Notes under the pieces: generated by a model
Told to the model about the DNA's origin: nothing
Seen by the model: the letters and a program-made list of their open reading frames with translations, nothing else
The model's database searches: none
Shown here: positions 17,551-27,700 of the stretch, one piece after another
Layout of the letters: each line of letters starts with the position of its first letter
Position numbering within the stretch: position 1 is the stretch's first letter
Assembly: GCA_030753015.1 (NCBI GenBank)
Contig: JASMDC010000043.1
Location: 1-30,261, forward strand
DNA: 30,261 nt
Origin: Candidatus Undinarchaeales archaeon
GTDB taxonomy: Archaea; SpSt-1190; JASMDC01
Direction of reading: 5' to 3'
Position numbers and translations under genes: made by a program

Positions 17551-18828
17551 ATGGCACTACCGGCGTTCCAGGCGAAGGATCTCGTGATGTCCTATGGCCA
17601 CGAACGGGTGCTCAAGGGCGTCAATCTTACCGTTGAACAGGGTGCCTTCGTGGGTATCATCGGCCCCAACGGCGCAGGTAAGTCGACGCTCCTTCGCATA
17701 CTCACAGGCGTGCTCGAACCCACGGCAGGGAAGGTGCAGCTCCTCGGTCGCCCCGTGTCCGGCTACGATGCCAGGGACAGAGCCCGTCACATGGCCGTCG
17801 TGCCGGAGAATCCCAGTGTCCCATTCGCCTTCACCGTGGAGGAACTGGTGCTCATGGGACGCACGCCCTACACTTCACTTCTCGGCGGGAACGATGAGTA
17901 TGATGGGGCCACCGCCCGTCGCGCTATGGTCTCGACGGACACGCTCCATCTCGCCTCGCGTCCCATCTCCAATCTCAGCGCCGGGGAGCGCCAACGCGCC
18001 TTCCTCGCCCAGGGGCTCGCCCAGGAACCTGAGGTGCTGGTGCTCGACGAGCCCACGGTCCACCTGGACCTCCGCCAGCGAATGGCGTTGTTCGAGCTGC
18101 TATCCTGCCTCAACCGCGATAGCGGGATCACCGTGGTAACGGTGCTCCACGACATCAACATCGCTTCGCAGTACTGCACGCGCCTCGCTCTCGTGGACGC
18201 AGGTCGCATCGTCGCTGAGGGACCGCCTGATGAAGTGCTCACCCGAGAGGTCCTGCACGATAGTTTCGGCGTCCGCGTCCAGGTGCGACCGGATCCTGTC
18301 ACGGGCCGCCCGGTGGTGACGCCCATCGTCCATCGCCAGCGTCCGCAGCTGACCGGAAGGGTACACGTAGTGTGCGGTGGTGGGTGCGCTGAGGCGACCC
18401 TACGCGACCTTGTGGACGCGGGCCTAACGGTCACGTGCGGTGTCGTGAACCGTGGCGATGCCGATTGGGAGGTCGCCCGTACGCTCGAGGTCGCGACGGT
18501 GGAGGGGGAGCCGTTCTCCTCGATAGGCGACGAGACACTGGCCCGCAACCTGCGCTCAATGAAGGCAGCGGACGTGGTGGTCGTCGAGGCGGTGGCCTTC
18601 GGTCATGGAAACCTCCGGAACCTCGAGGCGGTGGAACAGGCCGTCAGGTCAGGCGTGCCCGTGGTGCTGGTCGAAACAGAGGCCATCGACGAACGCGACT
18701 TCACTGGCGGCAAGGCCGGACACTCGTACGACCGGGTGCGCAAGAAGGCTCGTATCATTACATCACGGGGCGCGCTCATGGACACCGTGGCCGAGCTGCT
18801 CGGGGAGGAAACCGATGGTGGTGAGTAA
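17551..18828 (+). CDS. btuD: ABC ATPase (BtuD-like) with C-terminal extension
   Basis: Walker A GPNGAGKS, signature LSAGERQR, LVLDEPT, H-loop; extension beginning RVHVVCGGG. ATG 17551 follows SD AGGAGG. Confidence 0.92.
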   Translation: MALPAFQAKDLVMSYGHERVLKGVNLTVEQGAFVGIIGPNGAGKSTLLRILTGVLEPTAGKVQLLGRPVSGYDARDRARHMAVVPENPSVPFAFTVEELVLMGRTPYTSLLGGNDEYDGATARRAMVSTDTLHLASRPISNLSAGERQRAFLAQGLAQEPEVLVLDEPTVHLDLRQRMALFELLSCLNRDSGITVVTVLHDINIASQYCTRLALVDAGRIVAEGPPDEVLTREVLHDSFGVRVQVRPDPVTGRPVVTPIVHRQRPQLTGRVHVVCGGGCAEATLRDLVDAGLTVTCGVVNRGDADWEVARTLEVATVEGEPFSSIGDETLARNLRSMKAADVVVVEAVAFGHGNLRNLEAVEQAVRSGVPVVLVETEAIDERDFTGGKAGHSYDRVRKKARIITSRGALMDTVAELLGEETDGGE

Positions 18829-19399
18829 TCAGGCTCGCCTCCTCCACCTCCTCCTCTCCCTCGCGGGAGGTAGCTGTTCGCGGGGACTGCTGGGACGCCG
18901 CTTGGGCGAGACCGATGCCCGGGTCCGCTCCCTCCTGACAATGCTCAAGGAGCGTGGCTTTGTCACGAGCTCGCGAAAGGGCCACATGCTCACTCCAGAA
19001 GGGAAGAAGATGGTTGACACCCTCGGGATCGTCGGTCCTGTTGGGCTCGACGCCGGTGAGCTAACCGTCGGCCCGCGTGATGCGGCCATCCTTGTGCGTG
19101 GCGCCGCGGTCCGTGTCGATAAAGGGATCGAGCAGCGAGATGCAGCCCTGATCGCTGGAGGGATGGGGGCCACCACGCTCGTGATGTCGGAATCAGGTCT
19201 TGGGCTCCCGTTCCCCGGTACGGTCCCGACGTCCGTAGCAGAACGTCTCCTTGAACTCCTGCCAGCACGGGAAAGTGACGTCATTATCGTCGGAACGGCC
19301 GCTCACGGATGGTCGGCCAAGCGTGCGTGCGTTGCCGCGGCGCTCACTTTAGCCCCCGCCGACATCGTTCTCCGGCCCCGACAAGGGAAACGTATATAA
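18815..19399 (+). CDS. Winged-helix plus DUF4443 protein, putative transcription regulator
   Basis: N-terminal wHTH (SRGLLGRRLGETDARVRSLL..LKERGFV...KGHMLT.EG) and GIEQRDAALIAG..GATTL motif. Start overlaps the btuD 3' end; GGAGG SD. Confidence 0.75.
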   Translation: MVVSNQARLLHLLLSLAGGSCSRGLLGRRLGETDARVRSLLTMLKERGFVTSSRKGHMLTPEGKKMVDTLGIVGPVGLDAGELTVGPRDAAILVRGAAVRVDKGIEQRDAALIAGGMGATTLVMSESGLGLPFPGTVPTSVAERLLELLPARESDVIIVGTAAHGWSAKRACVAAALTLAPADIVLRPRQGKRI

Positions 19400-19429
19400 A
19401 GGGAGATATCATGGGCACCCTCGGTTTCT

Positions 19430-19792
19430 TTGGAACGTAAGTGTTCAGTATGTAAGAGATTTCCCAGTAAGGAGGTGCTCGTCTTCAATGAGGACGGATC
19501 CACCAACCTCCTCCTGGTATGTGGCCGCTGCGTCAAGGGCGTCGAGGGCGGTAAGCTCCCCTCCGTGGGAATGAAGGCTGACCGGAGCCTCGGGATCGTC
19601 AATGGACGATTCGCCATCGAGGACGTTGACTCCATCCTGCACTACTTCAGGGAGGATATCTACGAGACTCCGAAGTTCGTCATTGACCTCGACATCGTGT
19701 TCGGACGTGTATCCATCGGAGACGATGAGCCCGAGGACAAAGCTGAGGCGGAGACTCCCAAGATACAGGAGTTCCGTCTTCCCGGCGCCTGA
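19430..19792 (+). CDS. Hypothetical protein with N-terminal zinc-finger-like CxxC..CxxC
   Basis: CSVC and CGRC motifs, typical codon usage, TATATAAA at 19393-19400, TTG start. Confidence 0.7.
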   Translation: MERKCSVCKRFPSKEVLVFNEDGSTNLLLVCGRCVKGVEGGKLPSVGMKADRSLGIVNGRFAIEDVDSILHYFREDIYETPKFVIDLDIVFGRVSIGDDEPEDKAEAETPKIQEFRLPGA

Positions 19793-19850
19793 GCTGGAGC
19801 AGGATCCCCTCTGCTAGCAGGCGTACCTGAAATAGTCCGAGGACCGTCTC

Positions 19851-20792
19851 TCAGGGATCGTTACATGCTTTCTTCGCTTTTAGCGTGGTCAGCTTCGTCG
19901 CTATGGGCAGGTCGGTGATCGGCACGACATCGACGGCACCGGATGACACAAGGGCGTCGAACGCCTCTTTTCCTGCCTCGGTCCGCACTATCACGGTCGT
20001 CCAACCATCAGGTGAGTCGACCCCCCCGAGCGCAATGTCCGCGTCCCGTGCAGCGAAATCATCGCAGATCTTAAAGCATCCGCGAGCAACGGGCGCGAGC
20101 TCTTTGACATGCACATCCACGGTGCTCTTCCCTTCCACCACCATGCGCCCGCGCGTGATTGCCATACGTTCGGCAGTCTCCTGTTCGGCACCTTGTTCCT
20201 CCAAGAGCGCCCACATTGCGTCATGGTCGAACGTCTTTGAGCATAAGAGGCCGATAATAAGGCCTATACGACGACGCGTGGCAGGAAGCTCCGCGAGCGT
20301 ACGAGCGCCCCGGGTATGGCACGGGAGCCCGATGACCCATGTCGGTTCCTTCGTTCCAAAGAGGAGGTGGAGCAGGGGCACATGGCAGAACACAGAACCA
20401 CCGGGAGGTAGCCTGTCAGTGAACCTGCGAGGGACCGCGCGCCAACCGTCCCGGTCGATGGCCAGCACACCCGCCCCGCGCTCGAGAGCAAGGGATGCCA
20501 GGGCACTTGCCACGCCGCCGTCCTGTGCCTGTCCACGGAGCTCGAGGTCCGTCGTCCGGGCAGCATAAGCCGCCAACATTGGGCCCAAGGGAGCATCACC
20601 GGACCATGTCCATGGGGTGACCCTTGGGCAGGCTTTGTAGCAAAGCCCGCACTCGATGCACTCGTCAACGAGGCGAGGGGCGTCTGGCCCCATCTCAATC
20701 ATATCCTTCTTGGGGCAGATCCCTACACAGGCGCCGCACGCCACGCACTGACCTTTCCCGATGACTTCTCCCTGTAAGTATTCAAAGCTCAT
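19851..20792 (-). CDS. FrhB/FdhB family protein (F420 hydrogenase/dehydrogenase beta subunit) with N-terminal 2x[4Fe-4S] ferredoxin
   Basis: CVACGACVGICP and CIECGLCYKACP; QDGG, GLPC, IGLLC, GCFKICDDF...ADI..G.V.SPDGW. ATG 20792 with GGTGAG SD and ATGA overlap with thiL. Confidence 0.88.
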   Translation of the reverse strand: MSFEYLQGEVIGKGQCVACGACVGICPKKDMIEMGPDAPRLVDECIECGLCYKACPRVTPWTWSGDAPLGPMLAAYAARTTDLELRGQAQDGGVASALASLALERGAGVLAIDRDGWRAVPRRFTDRLPPGGSVFCHVPLLHLLFGTKEPTWVIGLPCHTRGARTLAELPATRRRIGLIIGLLCSKTFDHDAMWALLEEQGAEQETAERMAITRGRMVVEGKSTVDVHVKELAPVARGCFKICDDFAARDADIALGGVDSPDGWTTVIVRTEAGKEAFDALVSSGAVDVVPITDLPIATKLTTLKAKKACNDP

Positions 20793-21715
20793 GTACTCAC
20801 CCCATATGTTCTCCAACCGACCGACGGTAGGCGTTCGCGTCGTTCTCCGCACACCAGCGTAAGTCCTTTTGCTCGTTCGGTCACACGCCCGATAACTGTC
20901 AGCGTGGGTATAGATGTTCGTGCCTCCTCGAGCTGGTCCGGTGACAGGGTCAGGAGCGTCTCGAACTCCTCTCCGCCACCGATCACGATATCCTCAAAGG
21001 ACACGCTCAGCCGTTCGCACAGCTCTTTGGCGCGAGAATAGCACGGCACATCGGACAGTACGACATCCACACCAACATCGCTTCGTTCCGCAAGCTGTCG
21101 TACCGAGCGAGCGAGCCCATCGCTTATGTCCATTGAGGCCGATGCCAGCTCTCCGACCGGGCCCGCGGAACCGGCCTGGATCCGAGGCCTGAGAAAGGCC
21201 TTAACGACATCCTCAGCGTCATCGATACCTGCCTGAAGGCATAGAAGACCTAGACGTGCGGTACCCATCTCGCCCGTGACGCAAAGGAGATGGCCGGGAA
21301 CGGCACTGCTCCGACCAGGCACCCGGTCCCCCTCGCCAAGTCCGAAGCTAGCAAGCGTCACCCGGTCCGTTACCGAAAGGTCGCCCCCAACATAACGACA
21401 GTCGTGCGCTTCGCAGCATGCTTTGGCACCGACAGCAATGGGACCGACAAGGTCCGAGGAGTCTTCAGGCACTCCGATGGCGAGGAGGAGGAAACGTGGG
21501 ACCGTCCCGGCGGACACGAGGTCGCTGATCGTCGCCGCCATCGCCTTCCATCCCCAGTCTTCGGGCGAGGAGCGCGGTGGGAGATCGGTGTCCTGGAAGA
21601 GCATGTCGGTCGAGAGGGCCCATGTACGGTCACCGACGGTAAAAGCGAAGCAGTCGTCCCCGATAGCGTCACCCAGAAGGCGAGTCAACGTGGCAATGGC
21701 CTCGTCCTCGTCCAC
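20789..21715 (-). CDS. thiL: Thiamine-monophosphate kinase
   Basis: IGDDC, STDML...D, GWKA.A...SD....G, VGGD, DISDGL, GGEEFE.L.T, IGRV. GTG 21715 preferred over TTG 21736 from TATA spacing. Confidence 0.88.
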   Translation of the reverse strand: MDEDEAIATLTRLLGDAIGDDCFAFTVGDRTWALSTDMLFQDTDLPPRSSPEDWGWKAMAATISDLVSAGTVPRFLLLAIGVPEDSSDLVGPIAVGAKACCEAHDCRYVGGDLSVTDRVTLASFGLGEGDRVPGRSSAVPGHLLCVTGEMGTARLGLLCLQAGIDDAEDVVKAFLRPRIQAGSAGPVGELASASMDISDGLARSVRQLAERSDVGVDVVLSDVPCYSRAKELCERLSVSFEDIVIGGGEEFETLLTLSPDQLEEARTSIPTLTVIGRVTERAKGLTLVCGERRERLPSVGWRTYGVST

Positions 21716-21736
21716 GGGAACGGTCGAAGGGGTCAA

Positions 21737-21784
21737 TATTTATTAAGCTGGTGGCGTGCCCCGGTTTTAGCACAATTTTAAATA
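21737..21784. promoter_or_regulatory. Divergent TATA boxes for thiL and the ATPase operon
   Basis: TATTTATTAAG at 21737-21747 (minus) and TTTTAAATA at 21776-21784 (plus), each ~22-25 nt from a start codon. Confidence 0.6.
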
Positions 21785-21805
21785 CCGGGAAGGGTATAGT
21801 CCATA

Positions 21806-22213
21806 GTGATGAGCGAGCTAGAGCTCGTACTGGACCCAGGGAGCGAACGGGAGATGCTCAACGCTCTCCGCGATAAGCTCGAATACACCCGCTTGCAGTT
21901 TAAAAACTCCGAGGAACGGCTCAAGCGGACCGAGCTCGGAGTCCACGAGTTCACCAAGAGCGTATCACGTACCAAGGTGCTCATCAGCAAGGGTATGCCG
22001 GAATCCGCCCAGATGGAACGGCTCACATCGTCGCTCGTCACCGCGTTCGAGAAGGTGGCGGAGAAGATGGGGAGCATCCAGGTCACCGCTAACGTCCAGG
22101 CACCGGCGGCGCCCAGTGGAAAGCCGGGGCGCATCGACTGCCCACACTGCTCCCGGGCGCTCCCGGCGAGCGCTAAATACTGCAAGTACTGCGGGAAGAG
22201 GGTGAGCAAGTAA
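21806..22213 (+). CDS. Coiled-coil protein with C-terminal zinc ribbon
   Basis: Heptad-like N-terminal half and CPHC...CKYCG. Ends 1 nt before the ATPase gene. Start GTG 21806 or ATG 21809. Confidence 0.8.
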   Translation: MMSELELVLDPGSEREMLNALRDKLEYTRLQFKNSEERLKRTELGVHEFTKSVSRTKVLISKGMPESAQMERLTSSLVTAFEKVAEKMGSIQVTANVQAPAAPSGKPGRIDCPHCSRALPASAKYCKYCGKRVSK

Positions 22214-22214
22214 G

Positions 22215-24167
22215 ATGGCCAAAGAATGCCCGTTGTGCGGTCGAGCTTACGAGGACGACTGCAGGTTCTGTGACGAGTGCGGGGAAGAGCTCAAGGACGC
22301 GGGTGGTGGTGGAAAGGTCGAGAAGATCGAGAAGACCGAGAAGGTGCTCATCAAGCAGGTACCGGTCATGGCGGGTGGTGGCGCCTCCTCGGAGGACATG
22401 ACACGGCTCGTCGGTGCCATCGAGAAGCTCGTAGAGAAGATGGGATCTGGCGGTGGCGGAGGAGGAGGAGGTGGCGGAATGGATTCCTCCAAGCCGATCG
22501 CGTTCTACCACGTCAAGGATCCCGCTCTGGAGAAGAAGAAGCACCACGGTGTCAAGGGCGTTGCCCTCCCCTCGCTCCGCGATACCGAGAACCTCCCTGA
22601 GGACTCCTCAGTTACGGGCAAGAAGTCCGACAGGATCGACAAGTCCAAGATCAACGAGACCTATCCCCTCATCCCGCGGCATCCCAAGCACCCGAAAGAG
22701 GTCAAGGCATGGGCCTGGATCAAGTACGATCCCAAAGCACAGGAGCTGGTGTACAACGTTATCGAGCCACCGCTCACGCCCAACGAGACGGATGCCATCG
22801 AGAAGATCAAGGCTCGTCTCGAGGAGCGCCTTGACATGGACTTCGGCGTGCTGTCGAAGGCCAAGGCCCACCTGCGCTACCTCACGGCCCAGATCGACAA
22901 ACTGCTGGAGTACTTCGACATCAAGCTCTCCAAACAGCAGATGGACAAGATCAAGTACTATATCTTCCGCGACTTCGTGGGGATGGGCAAGATCGAGCCC
23001 ATGATCCGCGACCCCAATATAGAGGACATCTCGTGCGACGGTATCGCTATCCCTATCTACATCTTCCACCGCAACTCGATCTACGGGGAGATGAGGTCCA
23101 ACGTCGCGTTCAAGACCAAGGAGGAGATGGACAACTTCGTGATGAAGATGGCCCAGAAGACGGGCAAGACCATCTCTGTGGCCGAGCCGCTCCTGGACGG
23201 CACGCTGCCCGACGGCAGCCGTCTGCAGGCCACCTACGGCTCGGACATCGCCCGTAAGGGTTCCAACTTCACCATCCGTAAATTCACCGATGAGCCGCTG
23301 ACGCCCATCCACCTCCTCCAGTACGGCACTGTCAACCACGAGGCTTTGGCCTATCTGTGGATCGTTGTGGAGGCGGGGAAATCCCTCCTAGTGGCCGGTC
23401 CGACAGCTACGGGGAAGACCACGATGTTGGGTTCTATCGCTCTTTTCATCAAGCCCGAGCAGAAGATCGTCAGCATCGAGGACACGGCCGAGCTGCGGCT
23501 GCCCCACCCCAACTGGTTGCCCCAGGTGGCCCGTTCGGACATGGGTGCGAAAGGGCATGGTACGGTCGACATGGCCGACCTGCTGAAGGCAGCCCTGCGA
23601 CAGAGGCCCGACTACATCCTGGTAGGCGAGGTACGAGGGGCAGAGGCAGCTATCATGTTCCAGGGGATGGCCACAGGTCACGCTGCCATGGGGACCATCC
23701 ACGCCGACGACCTCCAGAAGATCGTCGACCGACTCGTGACACCGCCCATCAACCTCTCTCCCGCTCTCATCCAGCACCTGGACGTCATCATCTTCATCGT
23801 TCGCACCCGTATGGCTGGCAAGTTCGTCCGTCGGGTGAGCGAGATCGTCGAGGTCGAGGACGTGGATGTGGAGTCCAAGCGTGCTGAACCGCGCATCATC
23901 TTCGAGTGGGACCCCACCAGCGACGAGCTGGAGCCCAACCAGTCGAGCCGCATCATCGGAGAGATCGCCCGTCTGCGTGGTATCAAGGGATCAAGTCTCC
24001 AGGCGGAGGTCATCCGACGCACAAACGTTCTGCGATGGGCCGAGTACAAGGGTGTTGTTAACTACAAGGCCGTTGGCCAGCTCATCGCCTCGTACTATCA
24101 GAATCCCGACGAAGTGCTTAAGCATATAAGAAAGGACCTGGAGGCTTTGAAGAGTGCCCAGTACTGA
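22215..24167 (+). CDS. Type II/IV secretion system ATPase (FlaI/ArlI/CpaF family) with N-terminal zinc ribbon
   Basis: YNVIEP, DPNIEDISCDG, LPDGSRL, FTIRKF, Walker A GPTATGKTT, SIEDTAEL, LRQRPDYILVGEVRG, TGH..T.HA. Confidence 0.93.
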   Translation: MAKECPLCGRAYEDDCRFCDECGEELKDAGGGGKVEKIEKTEKVLIKQVPVMAGGGASSEDMTRLVGAIEKLVEKMGSGGGGGGGGGGMDSSKPIAFYHVKDPALEKKKHHGVKGVALPSLRDTENLPEDSSVTGKKSDRIDKSKINETYPLIPRHPKHPKEVKAWAWIKYDPKAQELVYNVIEPPLTPNETDAIEKIKARLEERLDMDFGVLSKAKAHLRYLTAQIDKLLEYFDIKLSKQQMDKIKYYIFRDFVGMGKIEPMIRDPNIEDISCDGIAIPIYIFHRNSIYGEMRSNVAFKTKEEMDNFVMKMAQKTGKTISVAEPLLDGTLPDGSRLQATYGSDIARKGSNFTIRKFTDEPLTPIHLLQYGTVNHEALAYLWIVVEAGKSLLVAGPTATGKTTMLGSIALFIKPEQKIVSIEDTAELRLPHPNWLPQVARSDMGAKGHGTVDMADLLKAALRQRPDYILVGEVRGAEAAIMFQGMATGHAAMGTIHADDLQKIVDRLVTPPINLSPALIQHLDVIIFIVRTRMAGKFVRRVSEIVEVEDVDVESKRAEPRIIFEWDPTSDELEPNQSSRIIGEIARLRGIKGSSLQAEVIRRTNVLRWAEYKGVVNYKAVGQLIASYYQNPDEVLKHIRKDLEALKSAQY

Positions 24168-24561
24168 CGACCCGGTGGAGAAGAAGGCCCCTGAGAAGAA
24201 GGCCGAGGAAAAGAAGGAAGAGAAGAAGGTAGTGAAGAAGAAGGAAACGCCGAAGGTGACAGAGGCGGAATTAGCATCAGACGTTCGAAGCGTCATCCTC
24301 GACATCCACAAGGCGGTCTCTGATATCAACAAGAAGACCACCGACTTCGAGCGGCGACTAGGCGCCCTCGAGGAAGAGCTCGCCGAGAGCTCCAACGAGC
24401 TCAAGGTCCTTCGTATCTCCGTGTTCAAGACCCTCCCTGACACCGAGGAGACGCGCACTATCCACCGTCAGGCATCGAAGGAGCAGGCCGGTGAGGACGA
24501 GGAAATAGAGACCCTCACTCCTGACATGATGCGCAAGATCAGACGCGCCTCCAGACGCTGA
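24154..24561 (+). CDS. Lys/Glu-rich coiled-coil protein
   Basis: GTG start overlapping the ATPase end with GGAGG SD; charged N-terminus and a heptad segment. Confidence 0.75.
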   Translation: MPSTDDPVEKKAPEKKAEEKKEEKKVVKKKETPKVTEAELASDVRSVILDIHKAVSDINKKTTDFERRLGALEEELAESSNELKVLRISVFKTLPDTEETRTIHRQASKEQAGEDEEIETLTPDMMRKIRRASRR

Positions 24562-24615
24562 CCGGGGCGACCGCCCCCTATGATGTCACGCTCACAGTTA
24601 TACAAATGGTACGAT

Positions 24616-24689
24616 GGGCTCGTGGCCTAGTTGGATAAGGCGACGGCCTTCTAAGCCGTAGATCGCGGGTTCAAATCCCGTCGGGCCCA
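24616..24689 (+). tRNA. tRNA-Arg (anticodon TCT), intronless, CCA not encoded
   Basis: Acceptor stem GGGCTCG/CGGGCCC; anticodon stem ACGGC/GCCGT with loop CTTCTAA; T arm GCGGG-TTCAAAT-CCCGT. Confidence 0.97.
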
Positions 24690-24693
24690 TCAC

Positions 24694-24707
24694 CTTTTTT
24701 CTTCTTG
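24694..24707 (+). terminator. Oligo-T archaeal terminator after the tRNA
   Basis: CTTTTTTCTTCTT immediately 3' of the tRNA. Confidence 0.6.
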
Positions 24708-24718
24708 GGATCTCCCGC

Positions 24719-27700
24719 TCACGCCTCCGCGTCGACCCGGACAGCCTCGTCGAGCAGCGCTCGGACACCCGCCTCGCGTCGGCAGTACAGGAGCACGCTG
24801 CGTGCCTGGGCGGGTGACGATCCAAGCGCCTTTGCGGCCACCGCCACTGTCGGCTGGGACCCGGGATGGCCCACTAGGTACTCGAGCACGTCCATGGCCA
24901 GAGCCTCCAGTTCGTCGTTATCCACACGCTTGCCATCCTCCTCGAGCACTGATAGGTCGGATAGGGCATCGAGCAGGTTCAGAGCGCTGCGGAGGTCTGT
25001 CAGGGTAGCATCCACCTTCCCAGCGATATCAAGGAATGGGGGTGCGGGCCCTGCTCCGTCCCATACGACCAGGGCCATATCGGTAATCTCACCAAGGCGA
25101 GTGGCTTCCTTGTTCGAGATGTCAGAGGGTCGTACGGTCTCGGTGTCACGGTCCAGCGCGTCCAGGTATCCAAGTGCCTCGGCGACCAGGGACGGTCGCT
25201 CGCCGGTGAGTGCCACGACCTCCTCCAGCTCGACGTCCTTCAGTCCACCGCGCGTCTCGGCCACGTCGTGAAGGAGCTTTTCGATCATGTTCACGCGTCT
25301 TTTCGGGAGAGTCGCGGGCTCCACTGTCACGTCCTTGAGAGAATCCAGGTGGGAGAGCGCCCGCCATAACGTGCCCAGTCCCAATCCCGCGCGTCGCGCC
25401 AGGACCCGCCGGGGGAGTCCCCGGATACGTCCGCCGATCGTGATGACGAGCTTGCCTGCGGCCTTGTCCACAGGCGCGGTACCGCGCCCTGCGTCTGTAG
25501 GGCGGTCGAGAAGGTCACGATCGAACCCGAGGAGCTTGCGTGCCACCTCCATGGTTATGTCGAGAGCTAGCGCTACGGTACCAGCGTCGTCCTCAGGATC
25601 GAGCTCTGCGACCAACCGGGTCGAGAGCACGTCAAGGTGCTTGAATTCGTCCTTGGAAAGTGCCATCGTGTCCAGCTCTACAGGCGAGACGAATGCATGG
25701 AATCCACCCGAAAGGAGGCCCTCCAAGCGGTCCCTCGGGACACGGAGCACGGCGAACAGCTCGACCTCGTTGGGCAACCGGCCACGCTCGGAGCGGAAGA
25801 GGCACATCTTGAGACAGTCGGCGTCCTTCTCTCGTGCGATATCCCCTCGGAGGGCACGGCCCACAAGTGGACCGCGCATCGTGCCCGCACGCTCCCATTC
25901 CACCATCTTGAGCAGACGATCAACATCGAGATAAGGATGCTCGCGCTCGAGCCACGCGCCCACCTTCTTTAGATGGAGGATCTCTGCGGCATCCTCGGAT
26001 CGATCCTCGATCACGCCACCGAGGTCGGCAAGCCTCCGTACGCGAGTACCTGCCACATTGAGCCCGCGTGACGCCGTGACTGCCGTGACCAGGGGAAGGA
26101 CCTCGCGAACGACCTCCCAGGACAGGGTTCTCCTGCGCTCGGGACGGACGATACAGTCCTCCACGGGTCGCAGTAGTCCCGCATGAATCCAGGAGCGACA
26201 GGCGGCATCCCAGTCCTCTGCTTTGGCGTAGCAGGTTCCTGCGCGCTCCCAGAGGCGGGCCTGGTAGAAGCATGAACCGGCCTTGGCCCACTTGCGGGCA
26301 GTCTCGTAACATGTACCGGCCCGGTCCCATTCGCAGGCCTTCTCGTAGCACTTGCCGGCCTTTGCAGGCTTTTTCGCGTCCTCGTGGCACTCACCGGCCA
26401 GAATCCACTCACCTGCCCCCGAGTAACATCGGGCAGCGGCCTCGAGCTTCCCGAGCTCTCGTAACAGTTCTCCAGCACGTGAGAGGTGGCCCGCCGCCTC
26501 AAGGTTCCGTGCGGCCGCTGGTAGGTCATTGGCCTGGAGGAACGCTTCGGCCGCTCGAGCGTGCTCAGCGATGGTCTCGAGGCAACGGCCCTCGTTAGCA
26601 TGGTCGCCGCTCACTTGGTAGCGGTCGGCGGCCTTGTCGAGCGCCCCTGCCTTCTCCCAGGCGATCGCGGCCTTGGCCGGCAACCGTGCACGGTCGAACA
26701 TCTCAGCAGCGTCGGTGTGGCTCTCTACCGTCATGAAGCACTCACCGGCCCGGTTCCACACGCGTGCTTTGCGGTAGAGCGCCGCGGCGTCACCGATCTC
26801 CCCGGCCTGCTCCATGCACTCAGCAGCATCCTTGTAATCGTCTGCACGCTCGTAGCACTCGCCAGCCTCCTTCAGCATCTGGGCCCGCTCGTAGCTCTCG
26901 GCCGCTTCGTGCCAGGACTTCGCGTTGGCGAACGAGTCGCCCGCTTTATCCCATTCCTCGACCTTTCTGAACGATTGACCCGCATCCCGCCATTCCTTCG
27001 CCTTGAAGAAGGCCCTGCCCGCTTCGAGGTCCAGACCTGTGGCCCGGAAGCAGCGTCCAGCACGGTCCCACTCCTCGGCTTCGTTGTACGCAAGGGCGGC
27101 CGGCTCCATGAGCTCCGCGTTCTCGAAGCACTCACCGGCCAGCTCGTACGCTTCGCCCTTCTCGAAGGCCGTACCTGCTCGCTCCATCTGCTCCAGCTCC
27201 TGCCAGAGCTTACCGGCATCGACCCATCGCTCGAGCTTCTCGTAGGCCTCGGCAAGGAGATCGCGCTCTCCCGCCTTCTTGAGGAGGGGGACCGCTCGCT
27301 CGTACTTCCCGGCCTTGAAGAAGGACCGTCCCGCCTTCTCCGACGCCTTGGCCTTGAGATGGTCTTCGGCCGCTTCCTTCCACGCCCCTGCCTCCTCGAA
27401 CGCATGGGCTGCGTTTTCCCACATCTCAGCGTTCTCGTAGCATCGGGCCGCGTTCTTCCAGTCGGCGGCCTTCTCCAGGGCGGCACCTGCCTTGGTCCAC
27501 GCACCGGCCTTCCCGTAATGAACTCCTGCGCGGCCCCATTCATCGGCACGCTCGAAATTACGGGCAGCGGACAGGTCGTCACCGACCTTGGCGAAGATCC
27601 GACCGGCCTTCTTCCATTCCTTTGCCTTCTCCCACGCCTCGGCCGCCTCGGGGTACAACTTGCACTTCTCGAAGCAAGGTGCTGCCCGTGCCCAATGCTC

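Noticed and set aside
24616-24689. tRNA-Arg as an integration site, given the partial match CCCGTCGGGCC at ~8134-8145
   Set aside because: Only ~11 bp, inside the peptidase CDS, and no integrase in the window. Expected by chance at this GC content.
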